NCBI GenBank assembly: GCA_044892505.1
Contig: CM097882.1
Coordinates: 365,118,001-365,170,923, forward strand
Length of the DNA: 52,923 bases
Reading direction: 5' to 3'
From: Schmidtea nova
Lineage: Eukaryota
Made by a program: the position numbers and the translations under genes. Under the pieces are notes generated by a model. That model did not search any database and had not been told where the DNA came from. It worked only from the letters and a program-made list of their open reading frames with translations. Of the stretch, positions 1 through 11,092 are shown piece after piece; the first letter of the stretch is position 1, and each line of letters opens with the position of its first letter.

Positions 1-2
1 CT

Positions 3-781
3 GTTTACAGTCTTTTTGCTCGGGCTATTCCAGTAAAATCTAAATCTGCTAATGAAATGGCTTTTGCAATCAAAACAATGTTCAAAAGTGGACGTCCAAC
101 TAATTTACAAACTGATTTGGGTAAGATTATATATTATTTTATAAAATGATAATTATTTATCTAGGTAGGGAATTTTACTATATTAAAGTCAAAGAAATTA
201 TAAATTGAATCAATCATTACTCAGTATTGTTCCAATTCAAAGCAGTCCATGATGAAAGATTTATTCGTACATTAAGAAATCGTCTGAAGAAATATTTAGT
301 GCATAAAAGGAAGAAAACATGGATTAATGTTTTACCACAAATTATTCATAGTTATAATCATTCTGCTCATCGAGGTATAAATGGAAAGCAACCTGCTGAA
401 GTAGTTGATACTGAAAATATTTTAAGTGATACGAAAATAAAGAAACCAAAATATAAAATTGGTGATCATGTTCGAATTAGTAAAATTATTACATCGACAT
501 TCATTAAAAATTTTGAAAGTAATTGGAGCGATGAGGTATTTAAAATATCGAAAGTCAACACAGTCCAGAATCCTGTCATTTATACTATTTATGATTCTGA
601 TAACAATATAGTCAGTGGGAAATTCTATGAACAAGAATTACAAGTTATTACCCTTCCAACGATATTTCGAATTCAAAAAATATTGAAAACTAAAATGGTG
701 GTTAAAGATAAACAATACTATGTCAAGTGGCATGGATATAAAGAACTATCATGGATATCATCAAAAAACCTCGTAAAATGA
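3..781 (+). pseudogene. Polinton retroviral-like (rve) integrase with C-terminal chromodomain; 5' truncated by window edge, one intron, one in-frame TGA (206-208)
   Basis: Frame 3 gives FARAIPVKSKSANEMAF...LQTDLG. After removing 121-164 it continues REFY...ERFIRTLRNRL...HSYNHSAHRGI (DDE core). It ends with IQKILKTK...YYVKWHGYKELSWIS (chromo-like). Confidence 0.9.
121..164 (+). other. Putative 44-nt GT-AG spliceosomal intron within the Polinton integrase
   Basis: gtaag...AT-rich...ctag. Splicing joins ttg g|gt agg gaa ttt into TDLGREF (the TDxGxEF motif) and places exon 2 in the frame of ORF 227..781. Confidence 0.75.
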
Positions 782-1828
782 ATTTTTATATTATTTTACA
801 AAGCAACAGTTGTCCCGATATACATCCCGATAATACTGCCAGTAAATTCATGATCAATCTACAAAATCTGATTTATTTAGAAGGTATTTGAGAAGTCGCT
901 CTCGTGGACTTAACGTTTGTGTATAATCCATTTCCATTTTATAGTAAAGCTGAAGTTCGGTGCAAAATGAAAACTTTGCACTCAAAATATAAAGTTTTGG
1001 TAATTAACAAATAAATAGATGAAGTTGATATATCTAATCTTGCCCATGATATTGCTCAAATGTCTAGCTATAAGAATTTTATTTATTTCACTTGTGATTA
1101 TTATCCCTTCACTATAACATTTGATACTTTGACAATGGCGAAAAGATTAGGATTACTGAAACAGAGTTATGAAAGTTCTACGGATACATACAAGATGCCA
1201 TTACCTAAATATATCAAAATTGGAGAAAGGTTGGAAAAAATTAGAATAAAGATGGAGTACAAGGCTGATACTAATTTTATATATACATTTAAAGATAACT
1301 TATACATATCGAAACTAGATGAAAAGCAACCATATAAGATTCAAAATTGTGGAAGTATCTTTAAATCATTGGAATTGATAGCTGATAATTACTTCAAATT
1401 CAGTATGAATCCGGATATTAGTGAAATTACTTTTGACAGAAACCTCGTAAAAACATTGGAATTACCGAAACAAACATATTCTTAAGTTGAAACTTTCAAT
1501 GTAGGAATAAATAAAACGAAAATAATTAAAATTCATCAACAAATGTTCATTTACAGTAATATAGTCAATCCTATAATTGTTCGCGATTCATTATTTCCCA
1601 TATTAAAATCGGTATGGATTGAAAAAACATGAACAGAACGAAGTTGCTCAAATACAAGTAGAAAATCCAATGTATTTAACAATTTCAATTGCTTGTATAA
1701 ACAATTTATAAATTAATATCAGAGATGATAGAGGTAATTTAATAAACTTTCCAAAAGATTCAAAAACTCATTTGATTCTACATTTTCGAAAATGTGATGA
1801 TATAGTTTTTTTGTACAGTAATAACTAA
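778..1828 (+). pseudogene. Polinton minor capsid protein (penton/PX), disrupted
   Basis: N-terminus MNFYIILQSNSCPDIHPDNTASKF...LEG*EVAL and C-terminus MFIYSNIVNP...INIRDDRGNLINF...LILHFRK match the Polinton penton ends as I recall them. ORF 1060..1485 is the middle part. Confidence 0.8.
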
Positions 1829-2174
1829 ACTGGTGGCGAATTACCGTATTTTATACGTAAACAGTATGGATCAGGTTGGTTGAAAACTATTGGGAGATTT
1901 GCACTTCCGATTCTTAAGCGAATAGGTAGTTTCGGAATGAAAACTGCTAAAGATGTTATCATGAAAGATAAAAAAATATTACCATCATTGAAAACAAATG
2001 CTTTGGTTGCAGTTAAATAAAGTCATACCTGCTGTAACACAAATGATTCCTTCCATTACAAATATGTTTACCAAAACTGAACAGGAACCTGAACCAGTAG
2101 GACCAAGACGTAAAAAGAGTAGAAAGCGTATAAACAATCGAATGAAAGGGCATGGAACTATATTTGAAGAATGA
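1829..2174 (+). pseudogene. Small Gly-rich/basic Polinton protein (putative core/cement protein), frameshifted
   Basis: TGGELPYFIRKQYGSGWLKTIGRFALPILKR... then RRKKSRKRINNRMKGHGTIFEE*. MKGH/G fits the adenain consensus (M/I/L)xGx/G. The stop overlaps the capsid ATG (ATGA, 2171-2174). Confidence 0.6.
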
Positions 2175-3315
2175 TTTGCGGTAAATCTGAATTATGTATT
2201 TTTGATCGACCATTTTCACAAGCAGTTATTGAATATGGGGTATTTGAAGATGTATTTCCAATGAATTCTATTACAGATAGTAGAAATGATGTAGAATTTT
2301 ACATTAACGGTTCTCAAACCGAATATTTAAATTACCTGTTTCATACTTTTTCAAAGATGCAATTCTTGGATTTAATAATATAAAAATTGAGGGTGGAAAC
2401 AATACATGTGCACACAATACAATAATCGAAACTGTTTTAAATTATACTAGCAATATAAAAAAACATGTCTTACTCCAATGGGATATGGGGCATCTGAAGA
2501 TAGAAAAAAGTGGATTAAGGGATCGAAACTTTTCAACATTTGTTCATCATTACAACTAGATTTTATGGATCAACCTAAATACTTACTTCCTGGAGTTAAT
2601 ATACATATTAGATTGAAGTGATCTGATTCTGCATTATCATTGAAATCTACAGCTGGAAAATCAATAATACAAATAGTAGGCGCAAAATTAATGGTTCGAA
2701 GAATTTGATGTGAATCTTCAGTATTAGTTGGACATCAAATTGGATTAAATAACAAATATGCAATTTATCCGATAAAATCTAAAATTATTGAATCTTTTGC
2801 AATTGGTAAAAGGACATCATCATTTTACAAGGAACAAATATTTGGAGATAGAAGAATGCCTAATTTCATTTTTGTAGCTTTTCAAACTGAAAATCAATAT
2901 AATGGATCTTATTCTGCTTTTTCATCTACGTTCAAACATTTCAATGTAACTTCATTATCTCTGTCGAAAAATACTGATTATCGAGAAACTTATATTAAAG
3001 ATTTTGAAAATGATAATTTTAGTGCAACATATATGCAAAGTGCAATATATATGTATGTGCAACATATATATGTCCGAAATTTAGGATATTTGGATAGAAA
3101 CGTGAATTGCGGTATAAGGCTAGATGAATTTAAATCAAGTTATCCATTCTTTTCTTTTGTACTTGCCCTGATTTCGATTTGAATCAAAGTCAAATCCCTC
3201 AAAATGGGAATTTAGGATTAGATATCAAATTTTATAAAGCCGGTTCATGTAATAATATAGGAAGTTTTTGAAAAATGAAATACAAATTACTGCAAATCGA
3301 ACAGTATTAGTTTGA
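2171..3315 (+). pseudogene. Polinton major capsid protein (double jelly-roll/PY), disrupted
   Basis: MICGKSELCIFDRPFSQAVIE...DVEFYINGSQTEYL; LQLDFMDQPKYLLPGVNIHIRL; MPNFIFVAFQTENQYNGSY...FKHFNVTSLSL; ends EIQITANRTVLV*. Confidence 0.88.
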
Positions 3316-3439
3316 GTAGAGCTCAAACATTACTAGTTTGAACTCTGTTCAAAGACTTTTTTGTATAAAGTAACCAAATCATTATTATAAAATTATCATG
3401 GAGCAAGTATTTAATTTGTAAAATAATTAATTAAAATAG

Positions 3440-3790
3440 TTCTATTCGGGTTAATCGAATTGGAAAACTATTATTGAGAAATCAATTTATTGGAGTTTAT
3501 CCATTAAATAAAATTCCTTATTTGGAAGTTAATCAAGCGATTATTGTCAATACTCAGACATTGACTTTGGACGGTGAACATTGGATTGCTGTTTACATTA
3601 AGTCAGATCGAATGTATGCATTTGATCCATTTGGATGTTATTAATAATAACTTATTATCCCAATTTATTAGTTAGTAAATGGCAAACTTTGTGTAAACCG
3701 ATTGTATATAATAAAATTCGATATCAATATCCATTAACAACTACTTGTGGTCAAAATTGTCTTGCATGGTTAAAATCTATGTTATTAACA
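3440..3790 (+). pseudogene. Adenain-like cysteine protease (Polinton PRO), disrupted
   Basis: FIGVYPLNKIP...IIVNTQ...DGEHWIAV (His)...YAFDPFG (Asp)...YQYPLTTTCGQNC (Gln/Cys). Confidence 0.88.
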
Positions 3791-3819
3791 ATTTAGTTTA
3801 ATAAATTTTATTATAAAAA

Positions 3820-4005
3820 ATGACATGTTATTTTATTGATATTTACGTTTATAATGATATAGGAGGAACATTTATTAAAGAATTATGTATTATGAGTGTT
3901 GATAATATTTTTAAACCAAAGTATTATATATACAATGATTTTATTATTTTTAATGATTTTAATGATTTTATTCATAATGATTTTATAATTTTACATATAC
4001 AATGA
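3820..4005 (+). CDS. Short ORF at end of Polinton module, function unknown
   Basis: 61-aa ORF (IDIY...FIKELCI) directly after the protease; weak resemblance to small Polinton accessory ORFs; runs into aatgatttt repeats. Confidence 0.25.
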   Translation: MTCYFIDIYVYNDIGGTFIKELCIMSVDNIFKPKYYIYNDFIIFNDFNDFIHNDFIILHIQ

Positions 4006-4299
4006 TATTATTAAATTATTACACAACAAAGACATGACAAAGACATTACAAAGCAGAGGTCATGAACTCGCATGTCTTTATCATGTCACATAACAACAAT
4101 CGTGACATTATACACATAAACAATCCTGTAGAATGTGTGCATACATTTTCCTATCCTATCTAGATTCTTATTGGATTGTAAATAAAACTTGAAATTATTT
4201 GCTTTATATAGTCTATACTTGTATTTTTTCGTCACTTTATCACCAACTTTCTTAATAAAATATCAATTTTAATTAAAATTTTTATCATAAACACTATAA

Positions 4300-4918
4300 A
4301 TTTCAATAATCAAGGACGAGTTGCAGGAGGATTAAATAGTAATTTTATTATTTTTATTATTTATATTTATTTAATTAGAAATTAATATTTCAAATGCCAT
4401 CGTTGGAGCATCAAATGGAACAAAAAACGGAGCTGCCATTAACAAAAGAAAGGGAAATAGGAATAGTGGTAAAATTTCTATCATTAATATATTATATTAT
4501 CGTTATTATTTTATCATAATTTTATCGCTATTATATTATTTAATTGTTATTATTTATTTATTTATTATTTTTCTTTTTTATATTATTATTACTTTTAGAA
4601 CAAATTAGCAATGTACCGACATTTTCCAATGGTGTTATTGGTGCGCCAAATTTTTCTGAGGACTCAAGTTCAATGTTAATATGTCAAGCGCCATCGAATA
4701 TCGTTTTAGGACAAAATGGTATTGTATTATTATTATTTTAATATATTTGTTCATTTCATATATATTTTAGAAATTAGATTAGTTTATTTGAATTTATTCA
4801 GAACGATTGATCACAATCAACGTGGACGAATCTTTCCCACAGATATAGATGAAAAATCAACTAATGATAATTTTTTGTTTAATATTAAATATATTATTAT
4901 AAATAGACTTAAATTTAG
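4300..4918 (+). CDS. Putative spliced gene fragment of unknown product (exons ending 4338, 4379-4468, 4599-4718, starting 4771 or 4802)
   Basis: Three consecutive GT-AG phase-1 introns; internal exons of 90 and 120 nt keep one open frame (NQGRVAGGLN-K-INISNAIVGASNGT...-E-QISNVPTFSNGVIGAPNF...). No family recognised. Confidence 0.35.
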
Positions 4919-5479
4919 AAATTATCAATAATAAAAATAATAAATTCGGAGAAACCTCAAAACTTATTAAATCAAAAATAATATCGGGTAAAATCCAGAT
5001 AGGAAAACTATCATCAGAGCTAGGTTATTCGGATGATGCCGAAAATTCAATCACCGAAAATATGAAGAGCCCGATACAATCAAATATTTTGGATGAATAT
5101 TTGAAATGTAGATATTTGAAATAATTATCATTTAATTGTAATAAAAATAATGTAAATATAATATTTATTTTTAATAATGATTTTTAATTATATAATAAAG
5201 AATTTTGAATAATAGAATATTTATTAAATTTATATTTTTTAGTATTAATATTTTATTTCATTACAGTGTATATAAAATATTAATTTTCACATATCTATGT
5301 GATTTCTATAGTTAAAATAATTTATAATAAAATGACTATTTAAAATAATATTTTATATATTTGATTCTAATATAAATTAAAATTTAATGTACCACCTTAA
5401 TATTTTTGTTATTTTACATAGTTTCATTATATTTAATGAATTTTCTATTAACTTTAGTTATTTATAATCATAAAATATA

Positions 5480-5644
5480 TTATTATAATTATCTTTTTTC
5501 ACCTTTGATCTTTTTTTATTATTATTATCAATAATTCTCATAATGACTATAGATCAAAATTTTGTGCCGAAATATTGTGTTATTGTTTATAAAAAAAAAT
5601 TTTGATCTATAGTCATTATGAGAATTATTGATAATAATAATAAA
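5480..5644. repeat. Penelope 3'-end-derived fold-back repeat; perfect 48-bp inverted arms 5515-5562 / 5597-5644
   Basis: Arms are exact reverse complements; the spacer tgtgccgaaatattgtgttattgtttataaa matches the Penelope 3' end at 13817-13850. Confidence 0.85.
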
Positions 5645-5870
5645 ATATATTTCTTTTATAAAATTTATAAAAAGTTGAGGTTATAATCTATATGAATGAA
5701 TGAAAACTGAGAATTTTACGTATTTAATAATAATAATTTAGAATTACCTCAGAATGAGAAATAGCTATAACATTATTTTTATTATTTTATGACAATTTTA
5801 TATTTTAATCATTTATATTAATAATAAGTTATTTTAAATATTTGTCGATTTATTATAGTAAATAAGTTAC

Positions 5871-5988
5871 AGTAAAAGGCTGTTCACTCATGATGCAAAT
5901 TATAATTATATTTAAAAAAACGCTCAACTTTTTTAATTGTTAATATTAAAACAATATTATTATTTTAATATTGACACATTTCATAACT
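5871..5988 (-). repeat. 3' LTR of Gypsy element
   Basis: Direct repeat of 10299-10417 (4 substitutions, 1 indel); preceded on the minus strand by the purine tract agaggggaa. Confidence 0.9.
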
Positions 5989-8900
5989 TTCCCCTCTGCA
6001 ATTTGATTTCCATCTCTTCAACCATTCGATTCGTCTCGACTTTACTGAGTTTTGGAATTGTAGTGCTACTTGTCTGGGTGACAGGAATTTTAAAATTTCA
6101 AAAAGTCTTTCGTACTGTTCGCCATTTTTTTTTCGTTTGTTTGGCTCAATTCTTAAGAATACTCTCTCTCCCACCTTGAAGAGTCTTGTTCCTCTATTGT
6201 TTATGTATCTTTCTTGCATAGAAGTAGCGGCTTTATCTAAATTTGATTTTGTCGTATGTAGTACCTCATCTTTCATTTGCTATACATATCCTGGACTAGA
6301 AAACAAATTAATTTTCCTACCGTAGACTATTTCAAAAGGTGAGAAATTTGTTGTACTTTGTTTCGTCGCATTGAGATAAAATTCAATTCTCGGTAATATC
6401 TCGGCCCAGTTATTCTCATAACGTTCTCCTTTCAAAGATGTACTCATCATATCTCTAACTGTTCTTATAGTACGTTCTGCCAAACCATTAGATTGATGTT
6501 GGTAAGGTGAACTAAACTCTTGCTTTATCCCAAACTTGTTCATCCATTCTCGAATTATTGTTCCTTCAAAAACCCGACCTCTATCTGTCAGTATGCTTTC
6601 TGGCTTTCCATATCGGTATATCCAGTTATTCAAAATTACATTAACGATTGTGTTTTCGTCTTGTTTTGAAGTGGCCATTAAACTCACAAGTTTACTAAAT
6701 CTATCTATAATTACAATCACATATTTCTTATTCCCTTTCGACTTTTCCATATACGCAACGTCAACAACGATCTGCTGAAGGAATCGTTCCCCTATTCTTG
6801 GTAATAAAATCTCCTTTGTTCTTCCTTGTTCTATTTTCCTCTTGGCACAAATTTGGCATTTATTGATAATCTCTTTGATATCCTTATTCATATTAGGCCA
6901 ATAAAAAAATTTTTCATATAACTTCCCGTTTTCTTGCTACCTAAATGACATAATTCCTTATGCTTAAAATTAACCAATGTTTCCGTGTAATTCTCTGGAT
7001 CTATAACAACTATTTTGTTAGCTATTTCAATTGATAACAACCCTTCGTTTATCTGCAGTTCTTTTATACCTTTGAAAAAATAACTTTGTTCCACAAAGTT
7101 TGGAACCTGGCCAATCTCATCTTTCAAATATTTTATAAGTTCTCTTATATTTGCGTCTTCCATTTGCTTAACTCTGATAATTTCTAAAATATTTGGATTT
7201 TCTTGTAAACTATTTATATATCTTATCTTCGATTTTTTTTTCCTTTGTGTCATTATCTTTCGTTTGGCATTGACAGCACAAGTTATTTTTTATTCTAGAT
7301 AAGCCACCAGCATTTCCATGATCTTCTCCTTTTCTGTACTGTAACTCGAAATTATTCTCCGACAAATTAGCCATCCAAGTTTGAAATTGAGGGCTAATTG
7401 ACTTCTTTGTATCCTTCATGAACGTTAAAGCTTTGTGATCGGTTCTTGCGACGAATTCTTTACCATATAAATACTGTTTGAAATATACAATGAACTCATG
7501 GAGTGCTAATAATTATTTTCTTGTTACACAATAACCCATTTCGTGAGTCGTCAGATGTCTTGATGCGTATGCTATGACGACTTCCCTGCCTTCTTCATTA
7601 ATTTGGCTTAATACTGCTCATACAGCTCCGAAACTTGCATCTGTATCAATGATAAACTTTTGATCTGATCTCGGAAATTCTAAAATCGGTGCTTCACATA
7701 ACGCCTTCTTTAAGTTATTAAAACTAATGTTACATTCTTCTGACCATATAACTTTCTTTTCACCACCTGATGTTGCTGTGTATAACGGTGCTGCAATCTT
7801 TGCATAATTTTTTATAAATCGACGGTAATAGTTTGTGAGTCCTAAAAACGCCTTGAGTTCTGATACACATTCTGGTACTGCTGCATTTTCAATTTCGCTT
7901 ATTTTTTTTATTTGTCTGAACACCTTCACCACTGACTGTATGGCCAATAAAGTTGATTTCAGCCTTATTGAACGAGCACTTTTCCGGGGTAATTCTCAAG
8001 CCTGTGTTTCTTATCCGTGTTAATACCTCCAACAACAGTTTATCGTGATCAATTTGATTTTCTGAGTAAACTAGTATATCATCCAGATATACAACAACTC
8101 CTTTGAAAATAAGCCCTTCCAGTATTTTATGCATTAATCTTTGAAAAGATGCTGGTTCCGTCGATAAACCGAATGGTAGACGATTAAAACAGAATTGTCC
8201 TTCCTTAGTACTAAACGCCGTCTTATTTTGTGAATCATTCTGCAGTTAGACTTGGTAGTACGCTTGTCCTAGATCAATTGCTATAAATATCTTTGATTTA
8301 CTTAAACAATCCAGTAATAACTGCATATCGAGCATTGGAAACGAAAATTTTTCCGTTACTGAATTCAATCTTCAAAAATCCAAACACATGCGGATTGAAC
8401 CATCCTTCTTTCCAACAATCACTAAAGGTGAATTCCAAGGACTCTGGCATCTTCTAATAACGCCTGCCTCCAATAAGTTTGATACTAATTCGTCAATTTT
8501 TGTTTTAAGTGCATTGGTTGTCTGCGTGGATTCTGTAATATCGGTGGTCCTGTTGTTTTTATTTCTTGTTCTATTAAACGTGTATGGCCAAGATCAAAAC
8601 GCGATGCCATGAAAATATCGCTAAAGTCTGAAATAATTTTACCTAGTGATGAATTATTCTCGCATTTAATATATTGTAGAGCCTTATCTCTTCTCTCTTC
8701 ATTTGTGAATGATAATTTTGTTAATGAAGCTTCAATATTATTTACCTCTTTCAATTCTAGACCGAACTGCTTCATGGTATCAACACCGCCTATAAAATCT
8801 GGACATATCTTCTTCACAACAACAATATCAAGATTTTTAGACTTTTTGTTCCATTTCGCATTAACCTTTATACTTCCTAATGGCATTTCGTTTTCTTTCA

Positions 8901-9113
8901 AAAATACACCACTCAAAACTATTTTGCTACTTATCAGTGGTGGACAACCAATACGTTTCCAATAATCTTCACTTATTACGCTAATTGACGCACCAAAATC
9001 CCACAACATATCAATTTCTACTTCATTTAGAATAATTCTACTCCAATTCCTACCATCTTCCTTCATATACATCACATCCTTCATAACTCCAATTCCATTT
9101 CTTGATTGTCCTA
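5965..9113 (-). pseudogene. pol: Gypsy pol (aspartic protease, RT, RNase H, integrase), fragmented
   Basis: PR LWDFGASISVIS; RT LPFGL...YLDDILVYS; RH IDTDASFGAV, RTDHKAL; INT HKELCHLG/CQIC, VVDVA, LTDRG, HQSNGLAERTIR. Covers ORFs 8485..9084, 7889..8134, 7618..7947, 7210..7419, 6888..7253, 6280..6891, 5965..6276. Confidence 0.93.
5989..5997 (-). promoter_or_regulatory. Polypurine tract (PPT)
   Basis: Minus strand agaggggaa abuts the LTR start AGTTATG. Confidence 0.75.
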
Positions 9114-10319
9114 TTAACTCGACCCCACCGACGAAATGTGTACGACAGGGTCGCGTTGGCTTTTTTGATACTCTACATCATGTAAAAGAGGTTCATTGAT
9201 TATTTCTAAATCATCTTGTTCTTCATCGTGTATACAATATACTTGGTGTTGTTTTCTTTTGAAATTCTTCTTAATCACATGACAGTCTCTAAACGAGTGT
9301 CCGGTTTTGCCACAAATCAAGCATCTATCTTTCAAAGGACACTAAAATCGTAAATGATTGCTTTCTCCGCAACAGAAACACTGGCCTGGTTTCAACTTCT
9401 CTTCTTTCGGCTCTGGCAATCCACAACATCTATTATAAAGTCTCCTTGCAATATGCTTCATCGATACGGTTGGTAATTGTCTTCTTTCTTTATATTCATT
9501 CGTTTTTCTGTCTCTCTGATCTTCTGATATAGGTTAACTACTATTAAATAGCTTATTTTGATATGTTATATTGCGCTGATGGTTTGATTCAAATACTCTG
9601 TTATTTTGAACTATTGTTTTTGGTTGGTTTTTATGCTCCCACTGAGTATTTCGTTCTTGAACCGCATTTGCATATGACCTTCTATCCACTGCTTGAATTT
9701 CTTCAATACGCCCGTTTCTTTCCGTGATATCGTTTGATTCAAATACCTTTGCTAATGTTCGCATTTCTTCTCTTGACATTTTGGCATTAGAAACAAAATT
9801 CTCCTTTAACCGTTCATTGTGGACCCTATTGGTAACAATATTTCTCACAATTTCTTCTCTGGATAATCCACAATCGAAAATATCATCAAGTAATCTTTTT
9901 ACTCTAATTTCAAAAGTTGCAAATCTTTCATTTTCTTTTTGTTCAACTCTTGCTAAATCACATATTCTATCAGTGATCGACTTTTTCTTTGTGAATGTGC
10001 CACTGAACCATTCTTTTGCCTCTTTATCGATAATATTTGGAATTTTATAATCCTTCCTTAATATACCTGCTTCTTCTGACAATAATAAATCAAAAATGCT
10101 TACTAGACTCAACTCGTTCATCGTAAGCCAATCTTCGATATCTTTCATCCACAGTTCTGCTTCTGCTTTATTTCTTCCATTGAATTTCCTGACGTTAAAA
10201 TTCAGGATATCTCGTGATTGTTTCGGAAGTGACTCTAAGATGAGTTTCCGCTGTTGTCTTGTAACTGCTTGAATTGTTTCCACTTTTGCGTGATCGCCAG
10301 TAAAAGTCTGTTCACTCAT
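9114..10319 (-). pseudogene. gag: Gypsy gag (capsid-like domain plus two CCHC zinc knuckles), two in-frame stops
   Basis: ATG at 10319 (MSEQTFTGDH...); KFNG...AELWMKDIEDW; Q..NE.FATF motif; knuckles CFCCGESNHLRFxC and CLICGKTGHSFRDC. Confidence 0.88.
10289..10299 (-). promoter_or_regulatory. Primer binding site, tRNA-Arg(UCG)-like
   Basis: TGGCGATCACG directly at the 5' LTR end; 10/11 match to the complement of the animal tRNA-Arg(UCG) 3' end as I recall it (TGGCGACCACG). Confidence 0.65.
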
Positions 10320-10417
10320 AATGCAAATTATAATTATATTTAAAAACAACGCTCAACTTTTGTAATTGTTAATACTAAAACAATATTATTATTTTAATAT
10401 TGACACATTTCATAACT
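10299..10417 (-). repeat. 5' LTR of Gypsy element (contains the gag ATG)
   Basis: Direct repeat of 5871-5988; begins AGTTATG, ends TTTTACT. Confidence 0.9.
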
Positions 10418-10956
10418 GTAACTATGATGATTCTTCAAATATTAGGAATAATTTATATGATTTTATATCAATTTTATATTTATATTATTATTCTAACTAT
10501 AATTTTGACTTGTATATTCAGGCTCTCTGCATCATAATTATTGTTACTCATCAGGCAAACACGACATTCAATGTCATAAAATTATGACAATTTATAATCG
10601 TTATAAGTTTAATGGCATTATCTTCTATATTTTCCCAAAATGCGAGACTTCCCAAATCATCTCCTATTCCGAATTTTATAGTGAATATCACGTTCATCTT
10701 TCACAATTTTTTAAATTTCAAAAATTGATTTTTAAACTTAATCTTGAGACTTCGAACATCTCTTCTTTGAAAAAATCTGTTAACATTGACTTANNNNNNN
10801 NNNNNNNNNNNNNNNNNNNNNNNNNNNNNNNNNNNNNNNNNNNNNNNNNNNNNNNNNNNNNNNNNNNNNNNNNNNNNNNNNNNNNNNNNNNNNNNNNNNN
10901 NNNNNNNNNNNNNNNNNNNNNNNTGACTATAGATCAAAATTTTTTTTTTTATAAAC

Positions 10957-10998
10957 AATAACACAATATTTCGGCACAGCCTTTATCAAGTGTGTATT
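10957..10998 (-). ncRNA. Minimal type I hammerhead-ribozyme-like motif (U3-A8 variant) in Penelope 3' end
   Basis: AAUAC-ACAC-UUGAUAA-A-GGC(UGU)GCC-GAAA-UAUU-GUGU-UAUU: stem I ACAC/GUGU plus AAUA/UAUU, stem II GGC/GCC, loopless palindromic stem III. Confidence 0.72.
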
Positions 10999-11092
10999 TC
11001 TATCGTTATATTTACTTAATCATAAATAGTAGCCTTAATTATTTTTTTAATATTTTATAATGATTTTATTGGATGAAAAAATTTATTTTATT

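Larger units (their letters stand above)
1..4005 (+). mobile_element. Polinton/Maverick (adintovirus-like) endogenous element, decayed virion-morphogenesis module, 5' part outside window
   Basis: Co-oriented, tightly packed integrase+chromodomain, penton, small basic protein, major capsid and adenain-like protease, each with family motifs; all carry stops or frameshifts. Confidence 0.92.
5871..10417 (-). mobile_element. Ty3/Gypsy LTR retrotransposon, full length (4547 bp), decayed
   Basis: 118/119-bp LTRs (AGT...ACT ends), PBS, PPT, gag with two CCHC knuckles, pol order PR-RT-RH-INT; several stops and frameshifts; flanks gttac/gtaac. Confidence 0.95.

Noticed and set aside
4025-4190. Polinton terminal inverted repeat or LTR after the protease gene
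   Set aside because: Only a local 16-bp inverted pair (gacatgacaaagacat/atgtctttatcatgtc) was seen; no partner end or TSD in the window.
9140-9180. Programmed -1 frameshift signal (A AAA AAG) at the gag-pol overlap
   Set aside because: Pol is in the -1 frame, but the heptamer is not in register with gag codons (caa aaa agc); it cannot be called in a decayed copy.
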